This document shows, one piece after another, positions 38,141-52,049 of a stretch of 64,000 nucleotides of DNA. The stretch covers positions 59,954,001-60,018,000 of the forward strand of contig JBNRSN020000012.1 of the NCBI GenBank assembly GCA_051313645.2. The letters run 5' to 3'. How positions within the stretch are numbered: position 1 is the first letter of the stretch; each line of letters begins with the position of its first letter. Under the pieces are notes generated by a model, which saw only the letters and a program-made list of their open reading frames with translations, was not told the origin of the DNA and searched no databases. This stretch comes from Centroscyllium fabricii (Eukaryota). Both the position numbers and the translations under genes were made by a program.

Positions 38141-38529
38141 AGGTGAGCCTAATATTAACTTCTTACTGGAAGTGGAAGCCTTGCTGGTGGCAGTTAGCTT
38201 GCAAGCAAGATTGCTGCATTGCTGAGGGAGCATATTTGTTGCAGTGGTTGGAAAGATGATATTTTGTTACAACAACGATATTTAACAAACAACTTTGAAG
38301 GAAGAACCAAATGAGTGAAGCAAGATTTTGCTGATTTTAAAATGGAACAAAAAGAGAGAAAGTCCTTCATCTTCCACCCTGAGAGAAAAATCAAGGAATG
38401 CTGTTCATAATTCTTTAATCCAGAATACAATTTCTTAACGAACAATTATCCATTACCCTTTTAAAGTTATCAATTGATTCAAGAGTCTCAGAGATTGCTC
38501 CATACTGAGAGTTAAATTGTCCACATTAT

Positions 38530-39325
38530 GGGGGGGATTTTCATGTCCCCGTGAGGCAGGGTTTTCAGTGGGTCGGCTGGCAAAATAGCGCAACCGGCAG
38601 GTCCCGCCCCCACCCCCACTTTTTCATTTCCCCCGCCCAGAAACCTTCCCGCCGCCGGCGATGGGTTGTCACCTCGTTAAGGGCCCTTAATTGGCATCTT
38701 TAATGCCATTTTAAGGGCCCTCAGCCATTTTGCCCTGTTTCCCGCCCTAACCCCACCACCCTAAACCCCGCTGGGTGAAACCCAGCGGGAGCACAGCGCT
38801 GCTTATTACTTTCTCCTTCAAGGTGTGAAGGACATGCTGCTAAATGCTTGGCATGCCTCCAGCACCTTAGAGGAGTAAATAACTCTGTGCTGGCTGCAGC
38901 AGCTGTGAGCAGAAACTGAGAAACCTCAGCTCTGCACATTTCCTCACAGCTGCTGCCGAGCTGTCAAGAATTCTGAGCCCGCCCGCCCAACTGTCAGTCA
39001 CCAGCACTTGACCGTTCCCATTGGTTCCACTCGACTGTGATGTCACAGTGGAGTGTTTCCATGGGAACTGTCAACAACCAGTGCTGGAAATGTCAATCAA
39101 GCTGCTCGCAGCCCCGATGCAGCCCGACTCGATTGACCTAATTACCTCCTGCTGCCTCCGGCGGGGATTTAACAACCTAATTAAACTAAAATTGCGTGGC
39201 CTTCCCAGCTGTTTGGGCGGGCGGGGCCAGAGGCGGCCCAGACCAATCCCTGCCAGGTTCCCGTCTTTCCAGCGAAACTCCCCACCCCCCCTATATTTTT
39301 GGATTTAAAATGAAAAACTCTAGAC
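38530..39325. mobile_element. GC-rich non-autonomous DNA element with GGG..ATTTTC terminus (Harbinger-like, tentative)
   Basis: GGGGGGATTTTCA start, TGAAAAACTC end; CpG-containing palindromic arms. Confidence 0.45.
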
Positions 39326-40449
39326 ACTGAACAAGTCAAGGCTCGCACGTTCGAGCTGTTTACCAGGCAATTCCAAGGGCATATTGAAGGGAGTCAAGGA
39401 TGCGTAATGGTGGTTGGAACAAGAACAATGATAGCACCTACAGTACAAAGCAATTAAAATAGATAAAGTTAACAGAAATAATGAGTAAAGCGGTAGGAAT
39501 TAGATATAAATGTAAAAGTCATGTGAAGCTGGCCTATGATGCATCAGAAATAATCTGTAAAAAGTATGTGTATGTGGCTACAAGCCAAAAAAATGATAAA
39601 AGGCAACGCTGTAATTGACTCAAGCGAGAAAGTAGACACAAGGCGGGAGCCTTTGTCATTTCTCCCAAAGCGCTTTGTTCTAAACTAAAAGTGTGCTTTT
39701 AACTATCACTGGACTGGTGAGAATTATTTTTTTCTCTTACACATACATATACTATGATTTGGGGCAAAAAGCTTTCTTTTCTAATCTCCAACTATGTAAA
39801 TACAAAATTCACACGCCTTGAACAATCAGAGCACAGGAGGCAGCCATCCAACCAATCGTGCTCTTTGAAAGAGCTCTCCAGTTAGTCCCACTCCTTTGCT
39901 CTTTCCCCAGAGCCCTGCAATTTTTTTCCTTTTCCATGTATCTATCCAATTCCCTTTGGAAAGTTACTACTGAATCTGCTTTCAACACCAGTCAATCCTG
40001 CAGTTCTATCCTGTTGTCCAAATTAAATTGCTTGTTTATGATTTGTGCTCATTTATCTTTCATGATTTGTAAAATGTCTCCCCTTAGTCTTTGCTCCAGA
40101 AAAAAATAATTTTAGACAGTTCAACTTTCTTCATTACTTAGCTGGCAGAATCCTGTCCACTCGTTTTTGAACTATTTCTAATGCACCCATATCCTTTTTG
40201 AAGTAGAACAACCAAAACTGCAAACCACTCAAGATTTGGCCTCACTGTTGTTCTGTACAAGGCAAGGTTAACTTGTTCTGACATAACCCAATGACCTCCA
40301 GAGCCATCCCAGTATTTAAATTTTCTTCAAGAGATTATCTACAATTTTGTACGTTTAGTCCAAAAACAGGTTTAAAAATGCACCTCAACATGACCACTGG
40401 ATACACTGCAGATATTTTATAGATTATCAAAACTTTTAAGATACATCAC

Positions 40450-40521
40450 CTGTCCCAAAACAGCAGAAATCAAGGACGTTTTGCCAGTTCCCACACTGCC
40501 ACAGATTCCGACAAGCTTTTC
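40450..40521 (-). CDS. ABCC5: ABCC5 coding exon (~exon 12; Walker A of NBD1)
   Basis: EKLVGICGSVGTGKTSLISAVLGQ; CAG/GTGAT; 72 bp; found by hand. Confidence 0.95.
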
Positions 40522-40784
40522 CTGTCAGAAATTATATCAATCAATTCTTTGTAGTTTAGGTATTGTTGATTGTAGACATAGGTTTGAAAACTAATTTTAA
40601 CATGAAGTTAGAATTTCCAGTATCCAAAGAACTTCTCATTAATCAAAGTGAATTAGACTGCAATACCTTGTAATTTACGTAACTAAAGTTATATATTTAA
40701 AAATAAAACTTACTTTAACTATCTACTATAAATTCTCATCATTTCCAGAGACAACTAAACCACCTCTGGATTCTTTTTTCTTAC

Positions 40785-41132
40785 CTTCTCGATGGAAAGA
40801 CTGATATTGTATAGAGTCTTCTGTAATCTGGGACTAGGCAAAGACGTCCCCTGATTCTCATCTGGACTGGGCTGTTCATCACTGTCTAGTAGAAGATGTC
40901 CATTCTGCTCAGTTAGCGGACCGTTTTGCACATTCTGCTGTATTTTCTTTTTCTCTTTCTTCACTTTAGATTCTCGCTGGTCTTTTTTCAGCTTGGGGGT
41001 CATCTTGGGTGAAGACTGAGTACTGGAGTTTGGGCAGTCCCAAGCCAGAGTAGCGTTTTTCAGCTCTATGGCGGTTTGAGAACTTTCTGGCTTTTTTCTT
41101 ATGATGTGAAACTCTTCCATTAGAAATAAACT
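40785..41132 (-). CDS. ABCC5: ABCC5 coding exon (~exon 11)
   Basis: SLFLMEE...IELKNATLAWD...GHLLLDSDEQPSP...RLQKTLYNISLSIEK, ABCC5-type insert; CAG/GTAAG; 348 bp. Confidence 0.95.
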
Positions 41133-41809
41133 CTGAACAGGTTGAAGAGGTGTAAAGTTATGACATCTGGTCAATGGAAGATAAGCCAATGGCACAGGCA
41201 GCAATACACAGCAGCAGGCTAAAGGAGAAGCTGCTGAAGAGCGAATATAGCTCATTAGTAGCAACTAACTCCAGGCTCAAATCCAGTCCGGCAAGATACG
41301 AGCACGTGGAACATCACTAAAAATGATAGGCTCACGTTGATTTATTTTTTCATAATATCACTAGAATAACTTGCACTTAAAATGCATTAGGAGCTCTGCT
41401 CAGAAAAGAAAAAAAAAAAAAAAAAATAGAAAGCGAATTGTTAGCAAATATGTTGATTTTTAAAATATTTTTGTGTGAATGTGCTCAAGGTGCAGGATCT
41501 CAGTGCTGTGTAATGGAACACTTTCACTTAATACCCAGTGTCAACTCAGAGCACTATGGCAGATGCAGAGCAAAACTCTCTCTGCTCTGCCCAATAATAT
41601 GGCTCAATAGCAACTGAAAAACAGCTCCTACCCCACTATTGTGGTATTTCCATTCAACTCACAATCCGTCCCAGTCTTTATTTTCAGTGTATGTATTATC
41701 AGGCCACTGATTTACAGGTGACTGAATCAATCAAATTCCTTTTTCTTTTGCATGGTAGTATTGGATTTTCACTGTTCTGGACATAAACTTCCACAGTGAC
41801 CAAGACATT

Positions 41810-42100
41810 TCTAAGGATAAGGGGTAAGCCATTTAGGACAGAGATGAGGGGGAATTGCTTCACCCAGAGAGTGGTGAACCTGTGGAATTCTCTACCACAG
41901 AAGGCCGTTGAGGCCAATTCATTAAATATATTCAAGAAGGAGTTAGATATATTTCTTAAGGCTAAAGGGATCAAGCAATACGGGGAGAAGGCAGGGACAG
42001 GGTACTGAATTTGGATGATCAGCCATGATCTCATTGAATGGCGGAGCAGGCTCGCGGGGCCGAATGGCCTACTCCTGCTCCTATCTTCTATGTTACTATT
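41810..42100 (+). mobile_element. CR1 3' end
   Basis: FTQRVVNLWNSLPQKAVEA plus tail ctcctgctcctatcttctatg. Confidence 0.88.
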
Positions 42101-43698
42101 TTTATCGATAGTAAACTAACAAGAGCCCATATTCTTATTCAGTCCCCCATAAGCAAATCCCAAGTGAGAAGAACCACTGTTTCCACTCTTGTTCAGGTGA
42201 GATGGTGAGGAACTTCACTCCTGTTACTGGTTTGCAGGCATCAAATGTCGTACACAAGCAGAAATGTAAGGAAGGAATTTTTTCTTATTAACTATACAGC
42301 CAACTTGGCAAAGGTGAATAAAGTAGTGAGCTGTAGTACAGGTATAATTAGTGAGCCTTCACTTTCATGCTCTACCTGTATTTAAACAAAATACCTCAAC
42401 CAGAGGCACTGACTCAGCTTTGAGCTAATAACCCATTTTGCAATATTTAAGTTCTGTCAAATCACCCAATTGAAACAATGATGTGCTGCTGCAATCTGGA
42501 ATGGTAGCAAGTTTCTGGAATTTGCCTGCATAAAGCTTTTAATATTAGTATTGAACAGTACTTTGTTTATCCTTTACATAATTCTTCTTACCCCTTCACA
42601 AGCTGACAACTCATGCTGGAGTAGTTACATTGGCAGCAGCAGCTCACATTACATAATTAAAAATAAAACAGAAGTTAGAAAACAACCAATGTCCCAAAGT
42701 TAGAAGTTTCGAAAAATGTTTACATTTTGTTGCAGTTATTACTATCTGTGTTATTATGGCCAAGATTAAAATTGAGCCTAATAAATAAAATTAGGTTTTT
42801 GAATTGTAAGGAGATAAATTACAGCACACTGTCCTACACAAGTTACTGTAATGACTGGGACCAGTTTGGGTACCTTGCATATGTGTCTGCAAAAAAAATT
42901 ATTATACCATTATACGTACAAACCACAAAGGCTTTTAAACCTTTGAGTCAGTAGCAGACTGGGAAAACTATTGGTATTGTTAAAGGTGTGCATCATACAG
43001 CATTATTAATGCAATCCAAGTCAACATATGACCAAAATCCATTAGGTTGCTTACTCACGCTTTTTTTTTTTTTTTTAAAAACAGTGACACACATTAAAAC
43101 ATGAAGCTGCAATTTTAGTAGTGGTATTTTTAACTGAATAAATGCGTCTGCTTCTCAGAAGAGTAAATTCTCGTCAAAACTCCCCAGTTGAAATGTTTTG
43201 CAGAGATGAAATAATAAGCCTTTGAAATAAATAAACCTTCAGTACTCCATCTCCTACCCCTCACCAGAAAAGAACAGTGCTTTCATATTCAACTCTAATC
43301 CAGTAGCATCTTGGATATCATTAAAGCTATTCATCAATGGTGCCATTTTAAGTGAGAGTCGCTGTGGAAGACTAGTTACAGTAATGGCCCACATTACATG
43401 CAAGTAAGTTTCAATTCTGAAAGTGTACAAGTCCAAATCTTAATGTTGAATAAATAGACGGCAACTGTTTACCAAAAAACGTTGCCATATTGAGGGCTGT
43501 AATGTTGATATTCTAAATTGATTCTGTCTTATTGACAGTCACTTCAACCAACACTTAATTTTTAGCTTTCACATTTAAATAGCAAAGTAATCATTGGGCC
43601 AGTTATTATAAGACCAAAATTTAAATATAAAGGGTACTTTAAAGGTAACATTTCATTAAAAAGTTTGCATTTTGAAATCATTTAAAAGAACACCTTAC

Positions 43699-43806
43699 TT
43701 TGAATCTATCCACAGATACAGATGCCTCAGAAAGCGATTTCACAGAAAATGGAGTGACTTTAAGAGAAAATGTCATCGCATTGAAAACGGTCACCACGGT
43801 AAAAGC
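43699..43806 (-). CDS. ABCC5: ABCC5 coding exon (~exon 10)
   Basis: AFTVVTVFNAMTFSLKVTPFSVKSLSEASVSVDRFK; CAG/GTAAG; 108 bp; found by hand. Confidence 0.95.
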
Positions 43807-44439
43807 CTGGAAAAACAACAAAAGATACTGAAAGACAAATTTTCAACTACATACATTAGATTAACAGATGCTTTAATACCTAAATCAAAAATACACAAAC
43901 ATTTGAGTCAGACTATCTTTATCTTAGCCAAAATTAAATCCTACCATCCATGGCCATTTTCTCATGCAACAAAATCACAAGTCTCAAGTCATTGAGCATG
44001 TAACATGCAGATGTTTGCATGATTTGTTGGAAACATGGAATACAGCGAATAAGTCTGAATTCCTGAAATTATTAACACCCGTATAAAGCTCAGTAGAAAT
44101 AACCACAATCAACAGTACTCCACTGGACAATTTCTCTGGTACCAGTGTAATGCATTAGTAATGAGCTATCTGGAGCTAATTGTGTGACACTATTGTTTCA
44201 GAGAATCTAGTAGAGAAAGCATTACCTTAATATGGAACCAAGGAGGCCATCAAAAATATTTTTTTCTATGTTAAAAGCACCATTTAAATACTGTACAAGT
44301 TTTATTGTTATAAACTTCTGCATTTCAAACCTTTTTTATGCTGACCAGCACTTCAGTACATGACTAGGTTTCCATCTTAGGTCAATCTCTGCACCTGGAC
44401 TTGATGGTATAATCTGGATTGAAGCACCAGAGCAGTTAA

Positions 44440-44675
44440 CCCCCAGGCAGTGTTACACTGCCAGACATGCTGTCCTTCAGATGAGACGCTAATTCAAGAT
44501 CCCATCTGCCTGATCTCATGCCACTATTTGAAAGCAGAAATCTGTGGTGTGGCCAACATTCCTCTCACAACCAGTATGACCAAATGAAACATGATGAACT
44601 GGTCATTCATCTTGCTGCTGTTTGTGGGATATTCTTCAAACAAATGATTGCCACAGTTGCCTATGTGCCACAGTT
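44440..44675 (+). mobile_element. DeuSINE remnant, interrupted by CR1
   Basis: gtccttcagatgagacg...ggccaacattcctctcacaacc...ctggtcattcatcttgctgctgtttgtggga. Confidence 0.55.
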
Positions 44676-44676
44676 C

Positions 44677-45810
44677 ATAGAATCATAGAAATTTTACAGT
44701 GCGGATAAGGGCCATTCGGCCCATCCAGTCCGCACCGGCCCAGGAAACTCCTCGCTATACTAACCCCATTTGCCCGCACCTGGCCCATAACCCTGTATGT
44801 TATGGTCCTTCATGTGCTGGTCCAAATATTTTTTAAATGTTGCGATGGTTTCTGTTTCCACCACCCTTACAGGCAGGGAGTTCCAGACTTCCACCACCCT
44901 CTGGGTAAAGAAATTTCTCCTTACCTCCCCCCTAAACCTCCCTCCCCTAATCTTGAATCTATGTCCCCTAGTACTTGACTCTCCCACCAATGGAAACAAT
45001 GCCCCTTTATCTACCCTATCGTGTCCTCTCATGATCTTGTAGACCTCAATCATGTCACCCCTCCACCTTCTCTTCTCCAGGGCAAACAACCCCAGCCTGT
45101 CCAGCCTCTCTTCGTAGCATAAGTCCCCCAGACCAGGTATCATCCTGGTAAACCTTCTCTGCACCCTTTCCAGGGCAACCACATCCTTCCTGAAGTGCGG
45201 TGACCAGAACTGCACACAGTACTCCAGCTAGGGTCTCACCAGTGTATTATACAAGTTTAACATTACCTCCCTACTTTTGTATACTATGCCCTGGTTAATA
45301 AAGGCCAGAATTCCGTATGCCTTCTTAACCACCTTGTTAACGTGTCCAGCAACCTTCAGGGAGCTGTGCACCTGTACCCCTAGGTCCCTCTGTTCCTCGG
45401 TCCTATTTAACGTTTTGTTGTTCATGGTATATTCCCTTACCCCATTTGGTCTACCGAATTGAATGACCTCGCATTTCTCTGGGTTGAACTCCATTTGCCA
45501 TTTTTCTGCCCAATTAACCATTAGATCTATATCCTCCTGAAGCCCCTTACTATCCTCATCGTTGTTTACCACCCTTCCGATTTTCGTATCATCAGCGAAT
45601 TTGCTGATCATACCCCCTACTCCCATATCCAAATCGTTGATGTATACTAGAAACAGTAAGGGTCCCAAAACCGATCCCTGGGGGACACCACTGGTTACTG
45701 GTTTCCAGTCACAGAAGCAGCCCTCTACCATTACCCTCTGTCTCCTATCCCCTAGCCAATTTTCGATCCACTGTGCCAAGTTGCCCTGAATCCCGTGCGC
45801 TCTAACCTTT
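44677..45810 (-). mobile_element. Young 5'-truncated CR1 LINE
   Basis: Nearly continuous ORF2 ([17 protein letters not shown]) with one in-frame stop at ~45228; tail ttctatgattctatg. Confidence 0.93.
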
Positions 45811-46519
45811 GTTATTTATATAACAAGTCACTGTCATCTAAAAGTAAGTCACTGTGGGAAATGGATTAAAATTTTATGATATAACACAATATATATATGT
45901 TAATATATATATACATCATGATCAGCATGCTGTTTCAATGCAGTATTGAATCAAAATTCCAATAACACCACTATTTGCAATATAACTGTACCCTGTACAC
46001 TCTAATTAAAAGACTTCAAAATTCAGACCCTCCTGTATTAGCGGTGTATTTGCCACTTTCTGACCAAATCATTTCCCAAGTTTACAAATCAACTTCCCCA
46101 CTTAAATAACCAACTCCCAAGTCCAAATGGTTGCGTATAACATTATCCTGGAATAAGAAAGGTTTTCCATTTACCTGGGATTTGAAAAAAATATTGGCTT
46201 GAACTGTACTGGCCATCTCTCTCCTTAAAAAATTGCATCATGTCAATCCCAATCACACTAAAAGATGCACAGTCCTCAGCCACACTGGGAGTTCTGGTAT
46301 GTAGTTCGGTGCTACTCACTGATCAGCATGGATAACACCAGGGAAGGCAGTGGGGAGATGGAATTTCCTCCACAAATTACTGAATAGATCATATTTAATT
46401 TTACAAACTCAAACACAATGAGCATGACGGCTTTTCATTAACCACTACTCGAAGTAAAGTGCAGGAACATGTGCAGAACAGTTTCACCCACACCAAACGG
46501 CAGACTGCAATTTCTGGGC

Positions 46520-46725
46520 CAATCTGATATTGTTGGTGCTGGTTGAGGAAGGACACTGGGAGATCGCCCTGCTCTTGGAATGGTGCCGTGGAATCTTATA
46601 TGTCCTACCTGAAAGATGGCACTTCCAATTTAGTATCAGCCTAAATTATGTGCTCAAGTCCACAGCGGTGATTGAACCCATGACCTTCTGACTCAGAGGT
46701 GAAGATGTACAACTGAGCCAACTGC
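46520..46725 (-). mobile_element. DeuSINE 5' (tRNA head) remnant
   Basis: Reverse strand gttggctcagttg...ctctgagtcagaaggtcatgggttcaatc. Confidence 0.6.
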
Positions 46726-47509
46726 CACTCAGCAGAACATGATTTCACATACACAAAACTTACTAAAGATAGGGGGAATCTGCATACATTAACATCTTCA
46801 TGCTAGATTTTGATAACAAAAATTTCAATTTTCTTCTTTTGAACTTTAGTTGGAACTACCTTTCAGTATATGTTGCCATTTTAAAGATCTAACTCTTCAA
46901 CTGAGCTCCGAGAGGACAAACTTGCTACCTCGCCTTGTACCCCCAACAGCAAGTGTCAATAAGCTTGTGTCAATTTAAGCAGCACTTCGCTCTTCTTAGC
47001 AATTTGTTTGGCCAATGGTTAAACTTCCTGGCATAAGTAAGCACATGCCATGTCGCGCAGTTTTACTTGCAGTGACGACAGCAAGGGTGTCCAATCCAGT
47101 AGAACAGCTGATTGAAATGCCAGGAGTGGGAAATGCTCAAAGATGGCGAGTAAAAGAACGGAACAGAGCTGTGTCACAGTTGTCTTTTGGTTCCCAGCTC
47201 TGTGATCACCCAGCATTTCAAACAGTTGGAGAATTCAACTGTCTTCTTGAAGAAGACGGAGCCAAGATCCACAGCTAAATGTACTTTCTCAACTCTGAAA
47301 AAGCAGGCTTTTAACATTTGATGAACTGATCGTGGTGATTAAATTGAATTCCATTTATAAATTATGTGGGATTCCAATATTTCTACTAATTTTTTGGAGA
47401 TCATTTTTCTGCATGAAAAAGAAAGCCAGTGTCCATGCCAATAAATGTACAAGTGCTCCTTAAAATTAGAGCCACTGCCTCACAATTACTAAATCAGACA
47501 AACATAAAC

Positions 47510-47750
47510 ATAAACATAGAAACTAGGAGCAGGAGTAGGCCATTCGGCCCTTCGAGCCTGCTCCGCCATTCAATGAGATCATGGCTGATCATCCAAACCC
47601 AGTACCCCGCCCCTGCCTTGTCCCCAGATCCCTATCGAGCCTGCATCGACACATATCCCACCCTATCCCCGTAACCCCACATATTCAAACCCCCTAACAC
47701 TAAGGGTCAATTTATCCTGGCCAATCAACCTAACCCGCACATCTTTGGAC
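47510..47750 (-). mobile_element. V-SINE 3' half
   Basis: Reverse-complement match to 7060-7305. Confidence 0.85.
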
Positions 47751-47754
47751 AAAT

Positions 47755-48760
47755 ACGGTTTGTAATGTGAAGTTATGCACTTTGGCAGGAAAAATAAAAG
47801 CGCGAGTTATTATCTAAATGGAAAGGAACTGGAAAGTACTTCAGTGCAAAGGGATCTGGGGGTCCTGGTGCAGGGGACACAGAAAGTTAATATGCAGGTG
47901 CAGGTGGTAAGGAAGGCCAACGAAATGTTGGCTTTTATTGCTAAGGGGATTGAGTATAAAAGCAGGGAGGTCTTGCTGCAGTTGTACAGGGTATTGGTGA
48001 GACCACACCTGGAATACTGCGTGCAGTTCTGGTGTCCCTATTTAAGAAAGAACATACTTGCTCTCGAGGCAGTGCAGAGAAGATTCACTAGGTTAATTCC
48101 GGGGATGAGGGGGCTAACATATGACGAGAGGCTGAGTGGATTGGGCCTCTACTCATTGGAGTTCAGAAGAATGAGAGGCGATCTTATTGAAATATATAAG
48201 ATTGTGAGAGGGCTTGATCGGGTGGATGCGGTGAGGATGTTCCCAATGGTGGGTGAGACTAGGACTAGGGGGCATAATCTTAAAATAAGGGGCTCCCATT
48301 TCAAAACTGAGATGAGGGGGAACTTCTTTACTCAGAGGGTGGTGCGGCTGTGGAATTTGCTGCCCCAGAGAGCTGTAGAAGCTACTACGTTGAATAAATT
48401 GAAAACTGAGATAGACAGTTTCCTGGAATTAAAGGGAATTAGGGGTTATGGTGAACAGGCTGGTAAGTGGACGTGAGGCTAGGTTCAGATTGGCCATGTG
48501 ATCTCCTGGACCAGTTTTCGATCGCCTAGATGGGTCGGAGAGGAATTTTCCTGATTTTATTTCTCCCAAATTGGCTACTGTTTTTTTTTTTTTATCTGGT
48601 TTTTCACCTCTCCCAGGTGATCACATTGGTCTGGGCGGGGTGGAGAGTAAAAATAAAATTGAGGTTAGGATCAGATCAGCCATGATCTTGTTGAATGGCG
48701 GAGCAGGCTCGAAGGGCCGATTGGCCTACTCCTGCTCCTATTTCTTATGTTCTTATGTAA
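47755..48760 (+). mobile_element. CR1 3' fragment
   Basis: 233-aa ORF MHFGRKN...RPHLEYCVQFW...FFTQRVVRLWN; tail ttcttatgttcttatg. Confidence 0.92.
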
Positions 48761-49629
48761 TCACCTGGGATTCTAGGATCTTTACCAAGTTTCAGGCATG
48801 GCATTCCATGACACTGATGCTTCAGTGTAAACCAAAAATGGGCAGCTTTTGGATCATCTAAACTTCACCTGACAAATTTCTGTATGATTCATACCTGTGC
48901 CAGCAACAACAGAAGCAGTGTGCGCTGTGTCGGAGGGACGACAAATTAAGCCCATTAATGGCTTGCACAGCTCTAACAGAAGGGGGAGGCAGTTTTCTGC
49001 TGAATACAACAGAACAAGCCAACTAATTAACCCCAAATGTTTTTATTCATTGCAACTCAGCAAGGCAATTTTAAATTATCCTCCCAAAGTCAGCAGGTCA
49101 GTCTTGTCCAAGAGGTAATCTCATTATAGTGGACAACCGCTTAAACAACTTCTGCTGTAGTAATGATCAAAATCATAAAAAAGGAAACAATTTCAACAAA
49201 CTATCAAGTCATTATCTAAAAGACGACTTCAATATTGGAATTAAGCTGCAGTTCAGTGATTTTTTTTTGTGGGCACGACCATACTGCTAAGGGTGCAACC
49301 TAACTGGCTGATGCTTCTTTATATGACCTGATCATCCCAAGGTCTACCAGAATTACAATATCAATGACAAACTTAGCACAATTGAAACAGAACATTTTAG
49401 TACCGAACTCCTGACACCAAATAGCCTACCAGCTGCAAATAAACTTACCACTTATAAAATTACTTTGGCTCTGTATAGTGTATTCAATAATAAATCTGGC
49501 ACATGTAAACTATGTAATATTCCCTCCGCTCCAACACAGCCGTGCACTCTGGTATGCTCTTTATAAGCTCCTCCACCTTGCCACATCCCACTCCCCTTCT
49601 AAAACCTCCTCAAAATATATGTATTTGAT

Positions 49630-50399
49630 GGCCCAATCTTTCCGATCGCACATATTGATTTGGAGCTCGGGTGCAAGCGCATCCGAGCTCCAAATCGCAT
49701 GAAGCAGCCATTTGCAGCTGCTTCATGACATTCCGAAGGCGGCCAGTGGGGGGGGGCAGAGCTGGGGCGATGATTATCGCACGAACTTGCGCACCACGTG
49801 GTGCGCATAGTGACTTTCCGATTTTTTTTAAAAAAAATTAAATCGGGGTAAGTACTGAAGATTCTACGCTTGAAAATACCAGTCGTAAGCACCCATTTTT
49901 AGCAGGTAAGTCTTTATTTTATTGATTTTAAGTGTTGTTCTTTCAGGTTTATAATTTTTGTTGACTTTAAAGACAGGTAAGTATTCTGTCAGGCCTGTTA
50001 AAGAGTGTAAAAAAAAATTCTAAATTATAATTTTTTCTTTAAAATAGGTAATTTATGTTAGTTGGAGTACTGTTAAAGAAATGTGGTGTTTTTAAAATTT
50101 TATTTTTGAGTTTCGATGTGTTTTGGAAGAGCTCTCTTTTCAAAAGTTACACAGATTTCTCCGTGTAAGTTTTGAATGGAGGATTGCTTCCATTGATTTG
50201 CTCCCTGCCGATCATGTGATCTCGTGGGAGATTTCGAACTAATTACACCCTTCATTTGCACAAGCAGCTCGCACAGAGCTCTGACAAGCTGTACAACTCG
50301 GAAAGTCACAGTGCAAAAATTCAAAACGGAAAAAGTGCTGGGTAAGTGCAAATAAGAGCACAGCACTCGCACGAAGGCTCCAGGGCTAATTTCTGGCCC
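49630..50399. mobile_element. Non-autonomous DNA element with GGGCC..AAATT terminus (Harbinger-like, tentative)
   Basis: Right end AATTTCTGGCCC; CpG-containing arms, AT-rich centre; layout like 31864-32626. Confidence 0.45.
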
Positions 50400-50674
50400 G
50401 AAGGCTCTTTATTCAAAACATTAAAGTTATCCCTTCTCTTCTCTCCTCCCTCCCACCCCCCTCTCTTCCCTTCCCCCCCCTCTCCCACCCCCTCTCTTCC
50501 CTTCCCTTCCCCACCCCCCCTCTCCCACCACCTCTCTTCCCTTCCCCCACCCCCTCTCTTCCCTTCCCCCCACCCCCCCGCCCGCCGTGCAATACCTGAC
50601 ACACATGAAACATTGCATCCATTCACATATCTGCATTAAAGCCTGCAGGGTTACTCTTTATCATGAAAACTAAC

Positions 50675-50823
50675 CTCTGCAGCAGTGAGGTCATATCCCA
50701 AGAGCATGTGGACAGAGAAAGTTACCACACTGGCTATAACCACAACAACTGGAGCAACACCCACTGTGATGCTTTGAAAATATCCAGCATACTCCAAGAT
50801 TTGGCGTTCCTCCTCTCTGATTT
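50675..50823 (-). CDS. ABCC5: ABCC5 coding exon (~exon 9)
   Basis: IREEERQILEYAGYFQSITVGVAPVVVVIASVVTFSVHMLLGYDLTAAE; TAG/GTTAG; 149 bp. Confidence 0.96.
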
Positions 50824-51139
50824 CTAGCAAGGAAAAAAAAAGTTGGAGATAGTCAGCAAAACCAAACATATATTTAAATTCAAAAGTGATACAAGCAGAC
50901 ATGAACTATTAATACTTAGAAAGATCTCAATTTGTGAAAGTATGTTGTGCACATCATTTTGAAAGGTAGTTAATATGAGGAGGAATATCATACACAAGAT
51001 CTACTAACAAAAATTTAAGTTAACCATTTAATGATATATGGAGCCAAGTTCAAAGGAACATTGATTTTCCTCATTTGAATGACTGCCTATTCATTTATAT
51101 GCAGAGGTTGAACCAACAGGGGTAACGGTTAAAGTTTTA

Positions 51140-51515
51140 GACTTGAAAAAGAAAAAGCTGAGAGGTGACCTAATAGAGGTCTTGCAAATTAAGGAGGGGT
51201 TTGATAGCCATAGAGAGTATGTTTCCACTTGAAAAGGGGTATAACGCTAGGGGTCATAAATATAAAAGACATAAATAATCCCAATAGGGAATTCAGGAGA
51301 AACTTCTTTACCAAGAGAGTGGTTAGAATGTGGAACTCACTACCATATGGAGCAGTTGAGGCAAATAGCAGAGATCTATTTAAGAGAAATCTAGATAAGT
51401 ATGAGGAAGAAAGGAATAGGGTTAGATGAAGTAGGGTGGGAGGAGGCTCGTGTGGAGCATAAATACCGACATAGACCAGTTGGGCAGAATGGCCTGTTTC
51501 TGTGCTGTAAATTAT
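51140..51515 (+). mobile_element. CR1 3' end
   Basis: RRNFFTKRVVRMWNSLP plus tail gaatggcctgtttctgtgctgta. Confidence 0.8.
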
Positions 51516-51901
51516 ATATAATTATTCATCAAAACAAACTTTACGGTGCTTATACCAGAAGGAAAAACTGACAGGTGCCATCAATCTATCTTTTATACTA
51601 CAACCCAGATGTAAACGCAGTTTAGGTTGCAATGGAGCAGCAGGTTCAAGTTCAAGCTCACACTTGCCTAGTGCAAATGATATGGAGCAACGGTGGGTAA
51701 ATGGAGTTGTGGTGCAATCCAGCCATGATCTAATTGAATGGCGGAGCAGGCTCGAGGGGCTGAATGGCCTACTCCTGTTCCTAATGTTCCGTTCCCAAGT
51801 GTTGATTAAGTCTATGAAAAGGAGCTTGGAAAAAGTGGATCAATCAGATAAAGTACACTTTGAATCAAAGGACTTAAATTCTTTTAATAAGCTATACTCA
51901 C

Positions 51902-52049
51902 TGAGAATGCTCTGTGAAAACGCCTTCACCCAGGCGTACATTTTAATAAATTTTATGTAAGAGATGATTTCATTCATTCTTTGAACACGTTCATCAGTCA
52001 CAGTAATGCACTTCCTTCTAAAGTATACAGTCAGTCGAGACACGAACAT
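51902..52049 (-). CDS. ABCC5: ABCC5 coding exon (~exon 8)
   Basis: MFVSRLTVYFRRKCITVTDERVQRMNEIISYIKFIKMYAWVKAF; AAG/GTGAGT; 148 bp. Confidence 0.96.

Noticed and set aside
32697-43806. Apparent loss of Walker A and other ABCC5 segments (absent from the ORF track)
   Set aside because: Short exons found by hand at 40450-40521, 43699-43806 and 32697-32769 (also 18823-18922); the frame is continuous, so this is not a pseudogene.
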